Positions 19,101-20,000 of a stretch of 20,000 nucleotides of DNA are shown piece after piece. Position numbers and translations under genes: made by a program. Source of the DNA: an uncultured Clostridia bacterium (lineage in GTDB: Bacteria; CAYTYR01; UBA6262); NCBI GenBank assembly GCA_964441745.1, contig CAYTYR010000012.1, forward strand, positions 55,866 through 75,865, read 5' to 3'. Below the pieces are notes generated by a model that was not told the origin of the DNA, ran no database searches, and saw nothing but the letters and a program-made list of their open reading frames with translations. Every line of letters starts with the position of its first letter. The stretch's first letter is position 1.

Positions 19101-20000
19101 ACCAAAACTGCTACTGTAATTACCAGACGGATCAAACACTGCTATCACCTTGTTACCATAATCGCAGACATAAATATTGCCAGTTGTGTCTTTGGCCATG
19201 CCAAGAATATTCGCTGATAATATCCCCTCTCCTACGTATTTGATCAGATTAAAGTTAGTATCATATATAGCAACCCGGGAGTTAATGTTTTCTGATACCC
19301 ATAGATTACCGACATTGTCCTCAACCATGTCAAAAGACTTAAGCGGAATATTTTCCTTGTTCAGTAACTGTATCCTGCCTTTAGAAAATGTTACTTCCCG
19401 GCTGCGGCTGATATTGTATTTGTCAGTTACAGTTAACCGTACCTGATATATTCCTTCTTCTGCTTCCGGTAAGGTTAGGGTTCCCAGTAAACCATCAGTG
19501 ACCGGTGTGGTATAGGTCCCGATATCCTGCCATACTCCATACCGCGCATATTCTAACTTGTAACTGGCAAAGTCAACTCCAGCCGCGGTACCGCTGATCG
19601 GTACAATATTACTGGTCAACAGTGTATTCTTAACCGGAGCAGTCAATGCTATCTGCGGTGCGCTGAGCGCCCTGATCTTAAGCTTCTGGACGCTTTGGTT
19701 GTTCTGGTCGGTAATATATAACAAGCCATTATGGAAACTGATATCATTAATACCGGAGAACCGGCCAGGCGCACTACCTCCTCCGCCGAAACTATATAGC
19801 AGCTGCCCTTCAGGATAATAAATATTAATAGTAGTATCAGGATAGTAGCTAAAAACATATAAGAAACCTTCAGGACTCGACACCATACGATTAACATAAC
19901 CACTAACACCAAAGCTCCGCACATATTCTCCCTGCCGCGTTAGATCATATATATATATGGCATTGTAATCAGCTATATACGCCTTGTCCTGGATTACTGC
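4134..20000 (-). CDS. Giant (>=5288 aa) modular secreted/surface protein: NHL beta-propellers, Ig-like and FN3-like repeats, ZU5-like region, C-terminal FlgD-Ig/T9SS-like sorting domain; 5' end outside window
   Basis: Single stop-free frame from the TAA at 4136-4134 to the window edge. The 26 codons upstream of the track's GTG at 19922 read AVIQDKAYIADYNAIYIYDLTRQGEY, which is a propeller blade homologous to later blades, so the gene continues beyond 20000. Confidence 0.95.
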   Translation of the reverse strand, partial: AVIQDKAYIADYNAIYIYDLTRQGEYVRSFGVSGYVNRMVSSPEGFLYVFSYYPDTTINIYYPEGQLLYSFGGGGSAPGRFSGINDISFHNGLLYITDQNNQSVQKLKIRALSAPQIALTAPVKNTLLTSNIVPISGTAAGVDFASYKLEYARYGVWQDIGTYTTPVTDGLLGTLTLPEAEEGIYQVRLTVTDKYNISRSREVTFSKGRIQLLNKENIPLKSFDMVEDNVGNLWVSENINSRVAIYDTNFNLIKYVGEGILSANILGMAKDTTGNIYVCDYGNKVIAVFDPSGNYSSSFGTGQLTSPYGIELDSQGNIYVTNSLDLNVMVFDKDRNYVYTFAQGKAQTGIAIVGNIAYTVNWSITVSMFDISNQGKYLGSFTSDDPNYGFIGIEKGPDGLLYINNMYHIKVYTTDGVLLYKIGINSPNTVPGTFSYLYRTCILSDCFYAIDYSGGNIQKYKLSVTSPVAAITSPSDYNVVSDIVNITGTAAGVDFASYKLEYARYGTWQEIGTYTIPVENGLLGTLTLPETEEGIYQLKLTVKDTYGVEAKELITFSKGKLQYLEEFDSYTGSQYGQLNTLYGICLGNNSHLYVVEGANNRVVEMDQTGNFVCYIGQSELNHPVGITKDALGNIYVGNYNSSEVCVYNQDGIFLRKFGTSILINPEGLLIKNDKVYVTSHSNSQVAIFDLNGNHLGEFGNGYATYPYDIAISNDNKAYVACYNNVAVFDLNQDNKYLFSFGPFNYATSIKIDNNGYVYVSNYYNYSVDVYTPEGILVCSLGTRGSGPGQFGGTGYGVFGMFIDNNILYTTEYSTHRIQKFKSQYEFTPKVTSVTLSKQSPMNVGALTASIVFDRPMNTAVNPNVYYQVMGKSTKYPLIQKSYINTVWTGEVNIETSSDNGDAFIGVSGARDGVNNIPMFPDSKNQFKVDTIPPLKPVIMSPTAASVISSGEFVITAEGDTDLTYVSFEKSIDGVSWQEIGRVAGTGTKDYVCSWYPLPNEIYLRLRVVDSANNNTYSDILTGYTLDFSATGNVMLTAPVKNSKVGKNYPAKAYCTDANVKSVRFEKSSDSSDGWDGIWIPLEGTAENSSDFILENEYYSVNWSPQDETFKYVRLVITKTDETTIVTQGISGFSYDLNSPMAPVSAKNGLINNNLELKDNFVFQKNNVLLIHAAAGKDYAYAADTTLVKLQAEYSLSGENNWILIGADADSRDADYSILWDIDNIAENALIDIRLAAVDEVDNASYLIYQNCSVDFTAPAAVAGGNASSKKGGYIDLAWQSATDPDIAGYNIYRSTYSFTQPDPALFVSTNSGLLSCSDLPPVDGAYYYGITSKDIAGNESQVINALSAVSDRKPPDYFSFTLTAEPQANIRIAWSAVTDAVLYKVYRDNYIIPTGYIEVAQTTATEIIDVPLKDGYYCYTVTALDALGNESGIAYVPAIVADRGKSNPPDNLATNTLAANKIQLSWNKPTQEDVASYKIYRSTETIYAVASSTPALVNISSTSVIDNPGVKGSYYYVATAIDYAGNESDISNCVIGIADDGSIEPPQNLHASAQVAGKIVLTWDAPTGDAPASYKVYRSIVENIDTAALTPIATNVVFLGYVDQLYANTKYYYAVTAIDNIGNESVISNIDWAIPDNAGPSASIVLSGTPPYKDGDVQVNLTLNELPPATPILKWVDSANLTKEITLSGSELNWAGTVSISTSAANGTAHFEFEAVDALGNTSHSITSGSTFIIDTLGPVAQITLSPASPVRAGPVNITLALNEAVQDIPQLDLILADSTTINLPLVKDGATWKTNLDISTNTVNGLASFQYSGVDILGNAGTKIAVNKEIIIDTQASNPPNQLQGISQGQGTIQLYWQAPDHEPVKGYNIYRSTQAIAELDPELLIETDLNALLFTDSPAVDGEYYYAVSAIDLAGNESAINTMGPVLSDRVAPGAPQDLLVMINADREIELSWNIGAGKIPSAYNIYRSTAVISGVNPAYLIKENNIQTAYNDKVSADNMYYYVVTAKDSIGNESDISASQSILWDFTPPSASITISPTSPVKAGLLQVQLNASENLVSAPKLICTPLGDNPQEVSLNGNGKSWHGQVTITSSTKNGPAVFTFEGTDIKDNIGTIITAGSCFVIDTVPPPALTGLTATPGMNGQVELFWGNPVGEAANVFNIYRSTFTPTGKNDMTRITSITGLSFMDQPTIEQRYYYHVCSEDQAGNESLVSNLVSTLTDNTPPEPVQNLILTATSEAIKLSWDTVTSEPDVTYNIYRSNNQITNINNVSVLAKNVTVNEYQDIPNFDGQVYYAVTSVDISNNENSQFASADIFRDTHGPIATIQLATPSPVKSGVMPLKLYVSEPIEGTPSLKCQWGLNEPVEVNLSTATDHWEGNIDIPSNYNGPANFIFQATDKTNNSGNEISTGQTFVIDNILPGACAYFKADPQPAGQVKLSWLPPSGEQDAVYQIYRSTADVVTLVGLAPVSPVVSGLNWIDPSVPDGDYFYFIIAKDKAGNLGADFRKASVTSDSSIPSAPQNLKAVIGADKKVYLSWDLPASGEIPVAYNIYRSDIPGFLIANTAPAWVGVAGLATVDTLVKSGKYYYKVTGIDLAQNESEASNEVNSEVDIECPTAQLSIGKSSIGVGETQVTLTVSELLMAKPSLKLVFANGDEQDITLNGSGLNWTGQISIATGTCNGTADFEFRGEDLAQNVGNILITNINLNYIDEVVIDTVAPFIDDFAAASNANGYVQFSWYATEKVKNYYLYREIAPAQTMDGLVPVTKFSSNSLTDLPPADGEYYYALIAEDTCNNISKPTAWIKGISDRTAPVSPLLTLTDQQGKSVKLDWNAVDGAVCYEVYRSAALITAVSSNEKLGTYYCLSALDVPNASNTYYYAVIAKDKAGNASLLSNCPQIDFVQYLPVANIAIDPPSPVSTGINITLSCDKQLAQAPKLVCHFPAGSYGSVNNSTMRDFYVNPVITLHQENNKWVGSLEISKEALDGVATFEYEGADTDGLVSHVIATGSTFIIDRGGPSCQITISPFSPVHTGKVTVNLTASENLVETPLLTLTTMGGLPLPVTLAGAGRNWQGVVDITSDMKSGYAYFSFAGKDLLNNYGTEIAAGDKFMIDNLPAAAPSNILVNSAKSGAMVVSWTPPQDYNLQGYNIYRAQYPMTVKMTENLYRQNLTVLSFTDLPISDGLYYYAVTSIDADGQESELSASVAGSSDRVAPGSPREVSLWQVNEGIKIDWQSPLGEMPEKYQIFRNGAFLTETNGNEYIDTTVLNGLYTYQLVSLDKVGNASIMTAGKSLQFWSTFPQAEIIISRNSPVGAGLLDITLITSEEMAEVPVLALTPEKTAAQNISLTGSGCNWHGQVDIPVAIEEGVATFAFSGKGKSGLTGTAISKGQTFIIDTVGPVANIKLDLTQPNTAAGAGKTKVTLTTSEDLKDIPYLDFIPSGNDKIMIPLTGSGNQWVGYVNISTLTGDGLAIFNYRGTDQAGNIEEKINTGKVFKIDTVPPEAPINFVAQATDYSGGLHGIEFGWEAPTAQAGDYYQVYRTREKVDNVNGLSPLPYPTWDVPPTDAEYYYAIAAVDKAGNKSAVTCLESPLQTVRTVPLPPVNLSVSTLPTGVLHLTWEKPEGETPFYYNVQISAKGDISGNMQSFNSGIIWTEIYGCPQENGLYSFTVTAVDKYGNESAYSNKVVFEYKYINYPVKAKLSLAGNIAYGVDGTYILKSGIYNVKLDVNEPLDPNNPPQLTVNPLDKAPLPVDLKNNGQSWYGEFNVDTNFGDGVATFKWVGVDADGLASTIIEPNGNFTDYFVVDTVAPATPLPLEAVAYNENTSGAIKITWKPPTGEITHYYEIYRSEQIFTTVDQAVMIYKMDAPAILPIYEYVDIPPKDGTYYYALVGIDRATNQSGLSSCVSAQSIHNIPVATISLHDQYSGIMNTSIVGEGEVVVDLETSKPLSTAPLLKYTPLSKEPIEVLLTGSGCLWQGKMTITKDTGDGLAEFSYLGTDENNNTSDKIAYGHTFTINTTRAIATIIIPEIYKQVPNLEENKLVTKALKAGDYRILLKTSRPLSDIPELSYELNDQLVIPVKMSGFGDTWEGKITIQENSANGEGSFYFHGIDRQRVESTEIEGVRYEYDHSSEYSDGYMEHYLGERITATYASTGGKFVVDTVPPPSPQNIGSKVLKLGVVEVYWEEQETGCSYKVYRALTPVLNTTGMTALDPRANNIGAQSNDVAENAKFIVDVPGVDGKYFYAAKAYDTAGNESSLSANTDIFVDSIKTEIKFKAVPNPDYIMLENFTSNKTYFTPPKTIKLVLDFPGASPDAEGVMPPPVTVNVDALEVYNPTTQKNEIKYVTYLPQQLSYYNGEVNITVFSPDLTIGEVVETKTGLAVADIPVATGGKVTSVDKKVELIIPAGVQPVIPQGPGAPSTIEAPRYLYYVTNEYEEVPAVVSEGTVQPVTIDMSKYHPGIVMVGQSYNINLNTGTGPPPEIWNTAGGGYDPGFDLSKVTLNGTPILEMGIDMAALDNLLNRSYGGGGETLDPDEKYTIVTSKMKVYGFVEEEKDANGTVTQPGRWEVLKDSFYDPDKQAMVAVPTRVGKFAVFAEQNPPKIIKLQPEQNTATKDFTPEISATVEDMGTGIDPDTIVVKLDGQVVKHIYSSSEYFRGQLNYTPIEMLAPGKHTVSVYAEDVVENKTEFKWEFTVDNEAPKVTTLTPADNTITNVSKPVISCLLSDVGGGIDPQTVELYLDNNKVASHYDELSGRMVYIPNSLIDGLHNVRLKGKDIVGEQITVDWKFSIDTQGPVAEQYYPLPDSFYNGAKAAFVRITDSISGTTGTGLQAKLDGNPIDCTYDNNGTVTLSNAVTWQEGNHEFIVLCQDNAGNTSALKWSFKVDLTPPAISNLVNEDGISIAVDKPILLFSLTDSFSGIDPKTIKVKYNDQPITCSYETATGQLLYQPTETLVNGILKFTITVQDIAGNTASFDKNTAVDTTPPVISEITPANGVFLNNPNPDISALIQDTGVGIDLTSVSLKIDGKANAFAYDKSVEKVNTVLSNIKKVKGQLASGWSEGWHTAEIQVKDLNGNQAAVSWSFLIDTVAPAISNVKIQDNFINGDYVSARPELKFGLFDQTSGIDVNQVKVILNSEAKTCLVQEIAAPDWKGSYCPDNELPNGTYSAKVEAYDRANNKTVSQEIIFLVSDEINAEKVINYPNPFKEDTKFTYVLPSTADEVRIEVYDLNGELIYETGDGAREAGYNETFWNGKNRYGEDIANGVYIYRLIIRGNGQEKVIKKKMARLR
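4137..4420 (-). other. C-terminal FlgD-Ig / T9SS type-A-like sorting domain of the giant protein
   Basis: VINYPNPFKEDTKFTYVL...VRIEVYDLNGELI...AGYNETFWNGKNRYGEDIANGVYIYRLII...KKMARLR. It shows the YPNP start, the I.vYDl.G motif, W.G....G...ANGVY and a basic terminal strand. Confidence 0.85.
4440..6215 (-). repeat. Six tandem Ig-like repeats (~95-105 aa) with a D-x-x-[ST/G]-GID motif
   Basis: Units begin EQNPP (~6215), DNEAP (~5919), DTQGP (~5633), DLTPP (~5351), DTTPP (~5063), DTVAP (~4745). Cores are DMGTGIDPDT, DVGGGIDPQT, DSISGTTGTG, DSFSGIDPKT, DTGVGIDLTS and DQTSGIDVNQ; most end W.F.vD. Confidence 0.8.
7200..16241 (-). repeat. Stalk of ~18 fibronectin type III-like domains interleaved with 12 Ig-like domains (~97-100 aa each)
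   Basis: FN3-like units: P..P.nL...i.l.W..P......YniYRSt...D.p..dg.YYYaVtaiD.aGNES. Ig-like units: P.A.I.lsp.SPv..G...v.L...E.l...P.L....v.L.GsG..W.G.v.I....nG.A.F.f.G.D..gN....I..g..F.IDT. Counted by eye. Confidence 0.85.
17538..20000 (-). repeat. Tandem [six-bladed NHL-type beta-propeller + Ig-like spacer] units, period ~351 aa
   Basis: Partial propeller 20000-~19675, spacer ~19660-19375, propeller ~19370-18615, spacer ~18605-18325, propeller ~18320-17538. Blades read GI..D..GNIYV.dy.n..V.vFD, six counted in each complete propeller. Last blades start with GsgPGqF-like motifs and end IQKF/VQKL/IQKY. Confidence 0.85.

Noticed and set aside
18390-19592. Diversity-generating retroelement TR/VR pair
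   Set aside because: Differences between the copies are mostly synonymous and not confined to adenines, both copies are in-frame coding, and there is no reverse transcriptase in the window.
19920-19922. ORF-track start codon of the giant gene
   Set aside because: Internal GTG (Val). The frame stays open to 20000 and encodes a propeller blade; there is no signal peptide after this codon.
4072-19924. Many 60-140 aa ORFs antisense to, or out of frame within, the giant gene
   Set aside because: Expected by-products of a long coding sequence; none has a recognisable domain.

Overview
Bacterial genomic window with every supported gene on the minus strand. About 80% of it (4134 to the right edge) is the 3' part of one giant, repeat-built secreted/surface protein gene. 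Its frame is open to base 20000, so the protein is at least 5288 aa and the ORF-track start at 19922 is not the real start. Visible order N->C: six-bladed NHL-type beta-propellers alternating with near-identical Ig-like spacers; a stalk of about 18 FN3-like and 13 Ig-like modules; a ZU5-like region; six more Ig-like repeats; and a C-terminal FlgD-Ig/T9SS-type-A-like sorting domain. No catalytic domain is recognisable in the visible part. Downstream is the housekeeping cluster rplU-rpmA-obgE-proB, then a DUF3006-like gene and a signal-peptide ComEC/Rec2-type metallo-beta-lactamase-fold gene cut by the left edge. The intergenic DNA is highly structured: two perfect hairpins and a 3x21-bp repeat ahead of rplU, a fourth repeat copy interrupted by a 28-bp GC palindrome between rplU and rpmA, and an inverted heptamer array after proB. 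L27 lacks the usual N-terminal AHKK motif. All family calls are by eye from motifs; no database searches were run, and domain boundaries are approximate.
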